Notes: generated by a model from the letters alone, not told the origin. A stretch of 64,000 nt of DNA from Acidimicrobiia bacterium (GCA_041635475.1 JBFKVA010000002.1:37355-101354), one strand, 5' to 3'. Shown: positions 17,395 through 26,332, numbered from the stretch's first letter. Translations and numbers: made by a program.

Positions 17395-18198
17395 TCAGGA
17401 CCCGTCGGTGGTCGCCACGTCGGCGAAGGCCGGGCAGATCTCCTGGAACGAGCACCAATCGCACAGCTTCGAGGGGCTCGGCGGGAAGTTGTCCGCCTCG
17501 ATGGCGGTCTCGATCCGCTGCCACAGGTTGGCCATCTTCTGCTCGGTGGCGTCGAGGGCATCGTCGGTGATGGCCAGCCGGTAGAGCGTGGGGCCGTTGA
17601 GGTAGAGCAGCCGGACCTCCACTGGGGTGCGGCCGGTTCTCTTGCGGATGAGCGCGGCGTAGATCTTGAGACCGAAGAAGGCCGTACCGGCGTAGCGCTC
17701 CGGGGGGGCCTTGCCCGTCTTGTAGTCGACGATGATGAGGTCCCCGTCCGGGGTTTCGTCGAGCCGATCGAGGATCCCCCGAATCGTCACCCCGTCGGTG
17801 ATCTCCTCGAGCATGTCCAGTTCCCGTTCGACGGGTGCGATGAGTGCCGGGTCCTCGACCGTGAAGTAGTTGCGGAGGAGCTCCATGCTCGCCAAGCCCC
17901 AGGCCCGCTCCTCTTCGACCGACTCGAAGAGGCCGAGGTACTCCTCCTCGCTTCGCATCTCGGTCCAGGCGGCGCGGAAGAGGTCGTAGAGCCGCTCGGC
18001 GTTGCGCTCCTCGGGGTCGAGGTCGAAGAGGTGCTCAAGGGCGGTGTGGGCTGCGGTGCCCCTGGCCTGGTGGACGGTCGTCGGCTCCGGGAGTCGGAGA
18101 ATCGTCTTGTACTCGAAGAGCTTCGGGCACTGGATGAAGTCGCTGGCGCGCGATGGTGAGAGCCGTTCGAGGACGTACCGTTGGGCGGTGTCGTTCAT
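17395..18198 (-). CDS. PD-(D/E)XK (RecB/Cas4-like) nuclease with a four-cysteine cluster (267 aa)
   Basis: The start is the ATG at 18198..18196. The N-terminal Cys (FIQCPKLFEY) plus the C-terminal CDWCSFQEICP resemble Cas4/AddB Fe-S ligands. DLIIVDYKTGK is RecB nuclease motif III. The region upstream of 18198 in ORF 17395..19083 is Pro/Ser/Arg junk. Confidence 0.8.
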   Translation of the reverse strand: MNDTAQRYVLERLSPSRASDFIQCPKLFEYKTILRLPEPTTVHQARGTAAHTALEHLFDLDPEERNAERLYDLFRAAWTEMRSEEEYLGLFESVEEERAWGLASMELLRNYFTVEDPALIAPVERELDMLEEITDGVTIRGILDRLDETPDGDLIIVDYKTGKAPPERYAGTAFFGLKIYAALIRKRTGRTPVEVRLLYLNGPTLYRLAITDDALDATEQKMANLWQRIETAIEADNFPPSPSKLCDWCSFQEICPAFADVATTDGS

Positions 18199-19057
18199 GT
18201 CGGTGACGTTACCGCCGGGGTACGACGGAAACCGTCTTCTGTCGAACCCGGGGCCCCCACGGCGGTGGGCATGGGCCGTCCCGACGCCGAGCGCGAGCAA
18301 CACCATCGACGGTCCGGTTTGCGCCCGCCCCCACCGGCGACGGTCGACTCGCGAAAACTGCGCACGGAACGCGAAAACTCTTGGGCCTTTCCCGACCACA
18401 GTGGGGGATTCGTCGCGTATGGTTCCCCCGTCGAACTCGGGAGACCGAGGGAGACCGCACCTCCCGGTGCTCCCTTCGGGGACGTCGGGAGTGGGACCGG
18501 CCCTCTGGGCGCATCGGCTTGCCGGGGCGACCGGAACGGACGGGACCGAACGGGTGGACGGCAAGGGCGCGAGCCCGTCGAAAGCCCGGCCTGAGGGCCT
18601 CGGCCCGACGGCATGAGCGCCGGACCGGCTCCTCGGAGCCACGGGCCGGATGCTCGGGGCGATGCCGAGACGCACCGCCCGACCGCCGAGCGGCGACCGA
18701 AAGGAGACCGCACGGAGGATCCGCCCGGGGCGGATGGCTCGGACCGAGAGGAATGGGTCACCTGCACCAGCGGAGAAGCCCGGAAGGCGCTGGCAACGGT
18801 GTCGGAAGGGTTGGCCAGGCCACACGAGTGGTGAAGCCTGGGCCCTGACGGGGGCCCCTCCCGCAAGGGAGTGTCGACGGCGGTCGGCGAGGGCAGCACT
18901 TGGTGGCGGCCAAGAGTTGGGAGAAGGGCTGACGGGCCCCGAGACCCAGCGGCCGGAGGCCCAGCAATGGGCGGACGGCCCGGGAACCCCGAGAGGGTGG
19001 ACGCTGCAAGGCGGAAGCTTCCTCGGGGTTTCCCGCGTGTGGATAGCCTCCGGGAGG

Positions 19058-19546
19058 ATGGCACCCGGCCGCACCCCCAACACCGCAGCCGTGCGCGTCC
19101 TGCGTTCGGCCGGGATCGCGTTCGAGCCGTTCGTCTACGCCTACGCCGCCCACGGGGGAACGCGACAGGTGTCGGAGCGGTTCGGGATCGACGAGCATGC
19201 CGTCATCAAGACGCTCATCGCCGAGGATGAATCCCGGACCCCGATGTGCGTGCTCATGCATGGCGACCACGAGGTCTCGTTGCGCGCCCTGGCCAGGGCA
19301 CGGGCCGCCAAGAAGATCCGTCTGTGCACCACCGGGGCCGCGTCCCGCCATTCCGGGTACCTCATCGGGGGGATCTCGCCGCTCGGTCTGCGCACCCCGA
19401 TGGACGTCCTGGTCGAGCACACGATCCTGGACCTCGAGCGGTCCTACGTCAACGGCGGTGCCAGGGGGTTCGTCGTCGGCCTGGCCACGTCGGATCTACT
19501 GTCGGTACTCCCCCACGTCGCGGTGGAGGTCGGCCTCCGCCGCTGA
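19058..19546 (+). CDS. ybaK: Cys-tRNA(Pro)/Cys-tRNA(Cys) deacylase YbaK
   Basis: MAPGRTPNTAAVRVLRSAGIAFEPFVYAYAAHGGTRQVSERFGIDEHAVIKTLIAED...HGDHEVSLRALARA...GGISPLG is a YbaK/ProX deacylase-domain sequence. The start is the ATG at 19058 with GGGAGG directly upstream (tight spacing, so the start is somewhat uncertain). Confidence 0.8.
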   Translation: MAPGRTPNTAAVRVLRSAGIAFEPFVYAYAAHGGTRQVSERFGIDEHAVIKTLIAEDESRTPMCVLMHGDHEVSLRALARARAAKKIRLCTTGAASRHSGYLIGGISPLGLRTPMDVLVEHTILDLERSYVNGGARGFVVGLATSDLLSVLPHVAVEVGLRR

Positions 19547-20122
19547 TGCCTCTGCCATCGCGCGCAGGACCCCATGGAGGCGCGAGTCGCGGTACCTCGT
19601 CTCGGCCAGGGGCAGAGGAACGTGCAGGCGGGTCTCCTCGCCGTCGCGCGCCAGGGTGCCGCCCAGGTGCTCGAAGAGGTCGAGCATGGACTCGTTCTCC
19701 GACAGCACGTACGCGGTGAAGTACCGCACCCCGTTCTGCAGGGCGGTCTCGGCCAGGGCCTCGAGCAGGAAGGAGCCGACACCCTGGCCCTGCCACTCGT
19801 CCACCACCGTCACCGCGGCCTCCGCCACCTCTGGCCGGGTCGTGTCCCGCACGTACCGCGCCACTCCGACCGGCTGCTCCTCGCCGTCCTCGAGCACCGT
19901 GGCCCCCCACGCGAAGTGATCGCGGTAGTCCAGTTCCGTCAGATAGCGAAGCTGGTCGTCGGGAAGGTCGGACACGATGGTGTGGAACCGGAAGAACCGC
20001 GACCGTTCGGAGAGGCGGGCAAGGCCGGCCCGCAGCAGGTCCTTGTCGCCCCTGCCGACCGGACGGACCCGCAGTCGTGTCCCGGAAGGAAGGTCCACCT
20101 CGAGGGGTTCCGTCATACGCAT
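19496..20122 (-). CDS. GNAT family N-acetyltransferase
   Basis: VVDEWQGQGVGSFLLEALAETA is the Q/RxxGxG/A acetyl-CoA motif in a GNAT fold. Its 3' end overlaps the ybaK 3' end by about 51 bp (convergent). Confidence 0.8.
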   Translation of the reverse strand: MRMTEPLEVDLPSGTRLRVRPVGRGDKDLLRAGLARLSERSRFFRFHTIVSDLPDDQLRYLTELDYRDHFAWGATVLEDGEEQPVGVARYVRDTTRPEVAEAAVTVVDEWQGQGVGSFLLEALAETALQNGVRYFTAYVLSENESMLDLFEHLGGTLARDGEETRLHVPLPLAETRYRDSRLHGVLRAMAEASAAEADLHRDVGEYRQ

Positions 20123-20183
20123 ACGCTAGGCCGGTCCCGCCCCTCCCCCGGTTCTTGTCACACCCCCATGGCACAGTGGGTCC

Positions 20184-20291
20184 ATGACAACGATCGAACG
20201 CATCCTCGCCGATGGCGGCCTCCAGGTCACCGTGCTCCACGACGGGCCCAACGGTTGTCCGTGCTGCCCGCCGGAAGTCCTCGCCGCTTGA
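20184..20291 (+). CDS. candidate small protein (35 aa) with a CPCC motif, unknown function
   Basis: ATG...TGA in a frame different from adnA: MTTIERILADGGLQVTVLHDGPNGCPCCPPEVLAA. 28 of 35 third codon positions are G or C, consistent with coding in this genome. It lies in the 190-bp gap between the GNAT gene and adnA. It is below the ORF-track length cutoff. Confidence 0.3.
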   Translation: MTTIERILADGGLQVTVLHDGPNGCPCCPPEVLAA

Positions 20292-20311
20292 GCGGTACCC
20301 TCCGTCCCGCC

Positions 20312-23281
20312 ATGCCAGGACCCCCGATGCACGTCGAGCCGGAGGACTGGAACGCGGCGCTCGCCGACGTGGAGGGCCCCCAGCTCGTCGTGGGTGGACC
20401 GGGGACGGGCAAGACCGAGTTCCTCGCCCGCCGGGCGCGCCACCTCATCGAGGCCCGGGAGGTATCGGGCGGACGGGTCCTCATGCTCACGTTCTCCCGG
20501 CGGGCGGCCGCCGACCTCAGGACCAGGGTGGCCGGCTCCCTGGCCCCCGACACGACACCACCTCGCGCCTCGACGTTCCACTCCCTGGCGTTTCGCATTC
20601 TCGAGACCCATGCCATGCGGGTCCTCGGGTGGTCGAGGATCCCGGCGCTCCTCACCGGGCCCGAGCACGTCGGGGTCGTACGACGTCTCCTGGCAGATGA
20701 GCACCCCGATGACTGGCCCGTCGGGTTCCGCGACATGCTCACCACCCGGACCTTCGCCAAGGAGGTGACCGACTTCCTGCTCCGGGCCGCGGAGCGTCGC
20801 CTCGGACCAGACGACATCGGACGGCGGGCCACCACCCGCGCCGACTGGCGAGCGCTTCCCGCGTTCATGGACCGGGTCGCCACGGCGCTCGACGCCAAGG
20901 GACGGATGGACTACGCCACGGTGCTCTCCTCTGCGATCTCGGTACTCGACGACCCCACCACCCAGGCTGCCCTCGCCGAGGAGTTCCGGTACGTCCTCGT
21001 CGACGAGTACCAGGACACCACCGATGCCCAGGCCGCCCTGCTCCATCGCCTCGTCGCCGGCCACGGCAACCTCACCGTCACCGCCGACGTCGCTCAATCC
21101 ATCTACTCGTTCCGCGGCGCCGACCTCCACAACGTGGAACGGTTCGCGACGACGTTTGCGGATCTCGGCCCGGTCACGACCCGCACCCTCACGACGTCGT
21201 TCCGCGTGCCGTCCGCCATCCTCGGCGCGGCTCGCACCCTCGCCGTCTCCGACCTCCCCGGCGCGGCGGACGACGTCCGCCCGTCAGGGCCGGGCGGACG
21301 GGTGGACACGTACGTCTTCGACCAGCATTCGCATGAGGCCGAGTGGATCGCGGGCGAACTCGAACGACTCCACCTCGAGGAACGGATCCCGTACCGCCGC
21401 ATGGCGGTGCTAGTGCGGACGAAGCGGCGCCTCCTCCCCGAGCTCTCCCGGGCGCTCGAGCGGCGTGGGATCCCTCATGAGCGGCCCGACGCCAGGCTCA
21501 TCGACCACCCTGCGATCCGGGTGGTCGTCGACCTGGTCGAGCTGGCCGTGGGAACCGGCACCGCCGAGGACGACGAGCGCAGCCTTCGCCGGTTCCTCCT
21601 GGGTCCGCTGGCCGGCGTGCCGCTCGGCGTCGAACGCGGCATCGTCCGGGCACTTCACCGGGGTGAGGTGGGCCGCGACGACCTCATTCGGCGCCATGTG
21701 CCCGACGGTGGCCCCATCGCCGACCTCCTCGCCGATCCCCGCTGGGCGACCACCGGGTCTGCCGAGGATGGCTTCTGGCACGCCTGGACCAGTCTTCCCC
21801 AATGGATCCGACTGGCGCTCGATCCCGCCCGGGACGACTTCCGGGTCGCCTGGTCTTCGTTCTCCCAGGTCCTCGGCCGCCTGGCCGAACGCGATCCCGA
21901 CATCTCGCTGCGCGAGTTCCTCCACCTGGCCGGCCGTGACGAGTTCGAGGCCAGCCCTCTCCTTCGCTACTCGTCGGACGCCGACCGCCTGACACTCACG
22001 ACCCTCCACGCGGCGAAGGGGCTGGAGTTCGAGGTGGTCATCATCGCGGACGCCGTTGACGGGGTCCTCCCGGACCTGCGTCGGAGCTACTCGCTGCTCA
22101 ACACGAACCAACTCCACCCCGACCAGCAGGGAACGGCCCAAGCGCTCCGGTTCCGGGTCGAGGAGGAACGACGACTCGCCTACACGGCCATGACGAGGGC
22201 GACGACCCGCGTCGTGTGGACGGCCACCGGGGCCGGGATCGAGGAGACCGACGAGCGGCCCAGTCGCTTCATGTACGACATCGAGGGTGCCCCTCACCTC
22301 GGCCCACCGGTTCCGCGCGCCGGGCCCCCGGTCACAGGACTCGAAGCCGAGGCCCTCCTCCGACGGACGGTGTCCGACCCACTGGCCGCCCCGGCCGCCC
22401 GGCTGGCGGCCCTCCACGTGCTCGTCGACCGTCCACACCCGGCGCTGCGTCCGATCGAGTCGTTCGCCGGGGTCCGCCCCCGGGGGCCCGACCACGGACT
22501 CGTGCCCGACCAGGCCACGTTCTCGCCGTCGCAGGCAGCCGCCTTCGACTCATGTCCCCGCCAGTACGCATTCGGTCGCCACCTGGGAATCGGTGACGAA
22601 CCATCCGTCTACATGCACCAGGGCTCACTCATCCATCGGGTGGCCGAGATCCTCGATCGTCGAGTCCTGGACGACCCCGACCACGAACCGACCGTGGCCG
22701 AAGCCCTGGCGGTCCTGGACGAGGTGTTCGATCCGGCCGAGTTCGGAGGCGGGCCGTGGGCCGAGGCCTGGCGACGGCGCGCTGCCGACACGATCACCAA
22801 GCTCTTGGAACTCGCCCCCCAGGAAGGACGCGTCCTCCTGGTCGAACACAGTCTGGCCATGCGGCTGTCCGGCGAGACCTGGCGGGGACGAGCAGACAGG
22901 ATCGAACGACTGCCCGGCGGGGGGTTGCGCATCGTTGACTACAAGACGACCGGACAGGTGGCGAAGGTCGACGAGGCCGCCGGGTCCCTCCAGCTCGGCT
23001 TCTACGTCCTGGCGGCGTCCCAGGATCCCACCGTCACCGACCTCGGAACCATCGACGGCGCGGAACTCTGGTACCCGGCGGCACCCCCGCTCAAGAGGGG
23101 CTTTCCCACTCGCCGGCTCGACATGGACCTCGTCCCCCTCATCAGGGAGCGCCTCGTCGAGATCGCCCGGGCCGTTCGGGCCGAGGAGTTCCCACCCATC
23201 GTCAGCTCCCGGTGCCGGTCGTGCCGGGTTCGCCTTCTCTGCGACGAATGGCCCGAGGGGGAGGACGCCTTCACCCCATGA
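20312..23281 (+). CDS. adnA: UvrD-like helicase with a C-terminal RecB-type nuclease domain; AdnA-like subunit of the heterodimeric helicase-nuclease
   Basis: GGPGTGKTEFLARRA (Walker A), DEYQDTTDAQAALL, nuclease-domain motifs near the C-terminus (RIVDYKTTGQV) and the terminal Cys cluster SSRCRSCRVRLLC. The start is taken at the ATG at 20312 (alternative 20327). The upstream 246 aa of ORF 19574..23281 is Arg/Pro junk antisense to the GNAT gene. Confidence 0.8.
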   Translation: MPGPPMHVEPEDWNAALADVEGPQLVVGGPGTGKTEFLARRARHLIEAREVSGGRVLMLTFSRRAAADLRTRVAGSLAPDTTPPRASTFHSLAFRILETHAMRVLGWSRIPALLTGPEHVGVVRRLLADEHPDDWPVGFRDMLTTRTFAKEVTDFLLRAAERRLGPDDIGRRATTRADWRALPAFMDRVATALDAKGRMDYATVLSSAISVLDDPTTQAALAEEFRYVLVDEYQDTTDAQAALLHRLVAGHGNLTVTADVAQSIYSFRGADLHNVERFATTFADLGPVTTRTLTTSFRVPSAILGAARTLAVSDLPGAADDVRPSGPGGRVDTYVFDQHSHEAEWIAGELERLHLEERIPYRRMAVLVRTKRRLLPELSRALERRGIPHERPDARLIDHPAIRVVVDLVELAVGTGTAEDDERSLRRFLLGPLAGVPLGVERGIVRALHRGEVGRDDLIRRHVPDGGPIADLLADPRWATTGSAEDGFWHAWTSLPQWIRLALDPARDDFRVAWSSFSQVLGRLAERDPDISLREFLHLAGRDEFEASPLLRYSSDADRLTLTTLHAAKGLEFEVVIIADAVDGVLPDLRRSYSLLNTNQLHPDQQGTAQALRFRVEEERRLAYTAMTRATTRVVWTATGAGIEETDERPSRFMYDIEGAPHLGPPVPRAGPPVTGLEAEALLRRTVSDPLAAPAARLAALHVLVDRPHPALRPIESFAGVRPRGPDHGLVPDQATFSPSQAAAFDSCPRQYAFGRHLGIGDEPSVYMHQGSLIHRVAEILDRRVLDDPDHEPTVAEALAVLDEVFDPAEFGGGPWAEAWRRRAADTITKLLELAPQEGRVLLVEHSLAMRLSGETWRGRADRIERLPGGGLRIVDYKTTGQVAKVDEAAGSLQLGFYVLAASQDPTVTDLGTIDGAELWYPAAPPLKRGFPTRRLDMDLVPLIRERLVEIARAVRAEEFPPIVSSRCRSCRVRLLCDEWPEGEDAFTP

Positions 23282-26200
23282 CGTTCGTTCCCACCGCCGA
23301 GCAATCGAAGGTCCTGGCGGCCCAGCCGCCACTCCGGATCGCGGCCGGGGCGGGTACCGGCAAGACAGCCACGATCACGAGGGCAATCGTCGAACGAGTG
23401 CGCGACGGGAAGGTCCAGGCGGACCAGGTGCTGGGCATCACGTTCACCAACAAGGCGGCCGCGGAACTGGCCGGTCGCGTTCGGGCCGAGTTGGACGGCT
23501 CGACACCGATCGGCGTCGAGGCCGACATCCACACCTACCACGGGTTCGCCCATCGCCTCCTGGCCGAGTTCGGGCCACTCATCGGGGTCGAGCGCGACCT
23601 CACCGTCATCAGCCCGACCTACTCCCGCCAGATCCTCATCGACGCCATCACGTCCGGTGGTCCGTACGACCATCTACCCCTCCACAATCGGCGCCACCTC
23701 GTGCCGGACCTCGCCCGCCTGGCCGGGGCGCTCGGCGACAACCTCCACACCGCCGACACGCTCCTGGCCAATCCGATCGAGGACGACGTCGACCGGCTTC
23801 GCCACGAGATGGCCGAGGTCCTGGCCCGGTTCGAGCGTGAAAAGGAGCGGCTCGAGGTCCTCGACTATCCCGACCTGCTGCGCCTGGCCCATCGGCTGCT
23901 CACGCACCATCCGGCGGTCGTGTCCGAACTCCGGGATCGGTACCGCCTCGTCCTGCTCGATGAGTACCAGGACACCTCACCGGCCCAACGGATGCTGCTC
24001 CAGGCCGCGTTCGGGGGCGGGTTCCCGGTGATCGCCGTGGGCGACGCCGACCAGACCATCTACGAATGGAGAGGGGCGACGCTCGAGAACTTCGCCGACT
24101 TCCCCACCCACTTCCCGACGGCGGCCGGGACCCCGGCACCCTCCTTGCCGCTTTCTCTCAACCGGCGGTCGGGACAGTTGATCCTCGAGGTGGCAAACCG
24201 GCTCCGGTCCCACATCGACAAGTCGACGCGGCAGGACCTGACCCCGATCCCGGGTGCGCCCGTGGCCACCGTCACGGCGTCGTGGTACCGGACTGCCCGC
24301 ACCGAGGCGGATGGGATCGCCGACCTCCTCACCGGTGCCCACGACGAGGGCATCCCATGGCGGTCGATGGCCGTGCTCTTCCGCAAGAACGCCGACATCT
24401 CCCTCGTTCGCCAGGCCCTGGGGAGAGCCGAGATCCCGGCCGAGGTGGCCAGCATCGGAGGGCTGCTCGAGATCCCCGAGATCGTCGAGGTCCATGCCTG
24501 GCTCCGAGTCCTCGACGACCCCGGCGATTCCGCTGCGTTCGCACGGCTCATGTTGGGCAGCCGCTACCGACTCGGTATGGCCGACCTTCGACCACTCCGG
24601 GAGTGGGCCCGCCGTCCGGACGAGGATGAGTGGGGACCGCCGGTGAGCCCCCTCGAGGCAATCGACCACGTCGATCTCATCACCGACCTGTCGCCCGGGG
24701 CGGCCGCCGCCCTCCTCGACTTCCGCGCCCTCTACCGGCACCTCCTCGAAGCCGCCCAAGGGGTCAGCCTCGTCGAGCTCGTGCGCCGCGTGCTTGACGC
24801 CCTGGGGGCGTGGAGGGAGATCGAAGCCCTCCCGGCGGTCCAGGCCTTGTCGACCCGACTCAACGTGTACCGGTTCCTCGACCTCGCCGAGTCGTGGAGT
24901 CCACTCGAGGGGCGGCCGTCGCTCCCCGCGTTCCTCGACCACCTCGACCTCATGGCCGAGGACCAGACGGAGGAACTCGACACCGCCCGCATCTCGACGG
25001 AGGACGCGGTGACCCTCCTGACCATCCACCGAGCCAAGGGCCTGGAATGGGACGTCGTGTGTGTCCCCAACGTCACCGACCGCACCTTCCCGGCCGGCAT
25101 TCAGCGCACCGAGGACCCGTTCCTGTTCGCCCAGGAACTCCCCTTCGACCATCGGCTCGACCGATCATCACTCCCACCGATCACCGCCGCGATGGATCCC
25201 TCCGAACGCCGACGCCTCATGCGGGCGAGGCATGAGGCCCAGGAGTGGCGACTCGCCTACGTCGCGGCTACGCGGGCCAAGCTCGCCCTCCACGTCTCGG
25301 GGAGCTTCTGGTACGGCGTTCCCGAGCCCCTCAAGACACCCAAGAAGCCATCGGCGATCTTCGAAGCCGTTGCCACGGTGCCCGGGGTCGACGCCCGGGT
25401 CCTGGCCACCGAACCCGGTGACCGCCCCGTTTCCCTCCGACCCACTCCCGAACCGGGGGGCCCGGATCCGCTCTTCGGCCCCGAAGGATGGACGTCGGGA
25501 GCCCGGGCTGCCATCGCTCGTCCGGGCAGCCTCCGCGACATGGCGGGCACCCTCGGCGTCGCCAAGGAATACGATCGGGCCGTGAGCGACTTCCACGACA
25601 TGCTGTTCGCGCTCCCCGAGGCTCCCGACGACGAGGCCCCGGTCAAGCTCACGTCGGTGTCGGTGACCGGGCTCGTCACGTATCGACGGTGCCCGAAGCA
25701 GTTCTACTGGAGCGAGGTGGACCGACTGCCGCGACGGCCGTCCCGGGCGGCTCGCCGGGGCATCGAGGTCCATCGCCGCATCGAGCTCCACCATTCCGGG
25801 GCGGTCCCCATGGAGGATCTCGAGGCCACGGAGTACGACGACCCGGGCACCGGGGTCCCGGGATCCGCTCCGTTCGAGGCCTTCCTCGCCTCCCCCTACG
25901 CCGGTCGGCGCCCGTTCCTCGTCGAGACTCCATTCGAGCTGCGAATGGGAGCCGGCAGCATTCGCGGCCGGGTCGACGCGGTGTACGAATCCGATGGCTG
26001 GGAGATCGTCGACTTCAAGTCCGGCCGGCCGTCCGCTGACCCGACGATCGAGGTCCAGTTGGAGGCATACGCCCTGGCGGCCGACGCCGGCGCCCTCGCC
26101 GTGGGCCGACCACACAAGATCTCCGTGACGTTCGTCTTCCTCGGCGACGGTTTCGAACAGCGAACCCAGGTGGTCGATGCGGCCTGGCTCGAACGGGCTC

Positions 26201-26325
26201 GGGCGTCGGTGGAGGGAATCCTGCACTGCATCGACGGCGAGGAATTCGAGCCTCGCCCGTCCTCGTATTGCACCACGTGCGATTTCCTGCGATTCTGTGA
26301 GGAGGGTTCGGCATGGGAGCAGTAG
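23278..26325 (+). CDS. adnB: UvrD-like helicase with a C-terminal RecB-type nuclease domain; AdnB-like subunit
   Basis: The ATG at 23278 overlaps the adnA stop (ATGA). AAGAGTGKTATITRAI (Walker A), VLLDEYQDTSP, TIHRAKGLEWDVV, the nuclease motif EIVDFKSG and the C-terminus YCTTCDFLRFCEEG are present. Confidence 0.85.
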   Translation: MTFVPTAEQSKVLAAQPPLRIAAGAGTGKTATITRAIVERVRDGKVQADQVLGITFTNKAAAELAGRVRAELDGSTPIGVEADIHTYHGFAHRLLAEFGPLIGVERDLTVISPTYSRQILIDAITSGGPYDHLPLHNRRHLVPDLARLAGALGDNLHTADTLLANPIEDDVDRLRHEMAEVLARFEREKERLEVLDYPDLLRLAHRLLTHHPAVVSELRDRYRLVLLDEYQDTSPAQRMLLQAAFGGGFPVIAVGDADQTIYEWRGATLENFADFPTHFPTAAGTPAPSLPLSLNRRSGQLILEVANRLRSHIDKSTRQDLTPIPGAPVATVTASWYRTARTEADGIADLLTGAHDEGIPWRSMAVLFRKNADISLVRQALGRAEIPAEVASIGGLLEIPEIVEVHAWLRVLDDPGDSAAFARLMLGSRYRLGMADLRPLREWARRPDEDEWGPPVSPLEAIDHVDLITDLSPGAAAALLDFRALYRHLLEAAQGVSLVELVRRVLDALGAWREIEALPAVQALSTRLNVYRFLDLAESWSPLEGRPSLPAFLDHLDLMAEDQTEELDTARISTEDAVTLLTIHRAKGLEWDVVCVPNVTDRTFPAGIQRTEDPFLFAQELPFDHRLDRSSLPPITAAMDPSERRRLMRARHEAQEWRLAYVAATRAKLALHVSGSFWYGVPEPLKTPKKPSAIFEAVATVPGVDARVLATEPGDRPVSLRPTPEPGGPDPLFGPEGWTSGARAAIARPGSLRDMAGTLGVAKEYDRAVSDFHDMLFALPEAPDDEAPVKLTSVSVTGLVTYRRCPKQFYWSEVDRLPRRPSRAARRGIEVHRRIELHHSGAVPMEDLEATEYDDPGTGVPGSAPFEAFLASPYAGRRPFLVETPFELRMGAGSIRGRVDAVYESDGWEIVDFKSGRPSADPTIEVQLEAYALAADAGALAVGRPHKISVTFVFLGDGFEQRTQVVDAAWLERARASVEGILHCIDGEEFEPRPSSYCTTCDFLRFCEEGSAWEQ

Positions 26326-26332
26326 GAGTGGC

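Noticed and set aside
18199-19057. RNase P RNA or tmRNA in the long non-coding region
   Set aside because: The conserved P4/CR motifs (GGAAAGTCCGG, AAGGGTGAAA, ACAGAACCCGGC) and the tmRNA tRNA-like 3' end (GGTTCGATTCC...CCACCA) are absent on both strands. The region is kept only as an unclassified candidate.
19574-20311. 246-aa N-terminal extension of the adnA ORF
   Set aside because: Arg/Pro-rich with no GC3 signal, antisense to the GNAT gene. The helicase homology begins only after the ATG at 20312.
23212-23277. Earlier start for adnB (the ORF begins at 23212)
   Set aside because: The 22 upstream codons lie inside adnA's 3' end. The ATG at 23278 gives the canonical ATGA coupling, and homology starts there.
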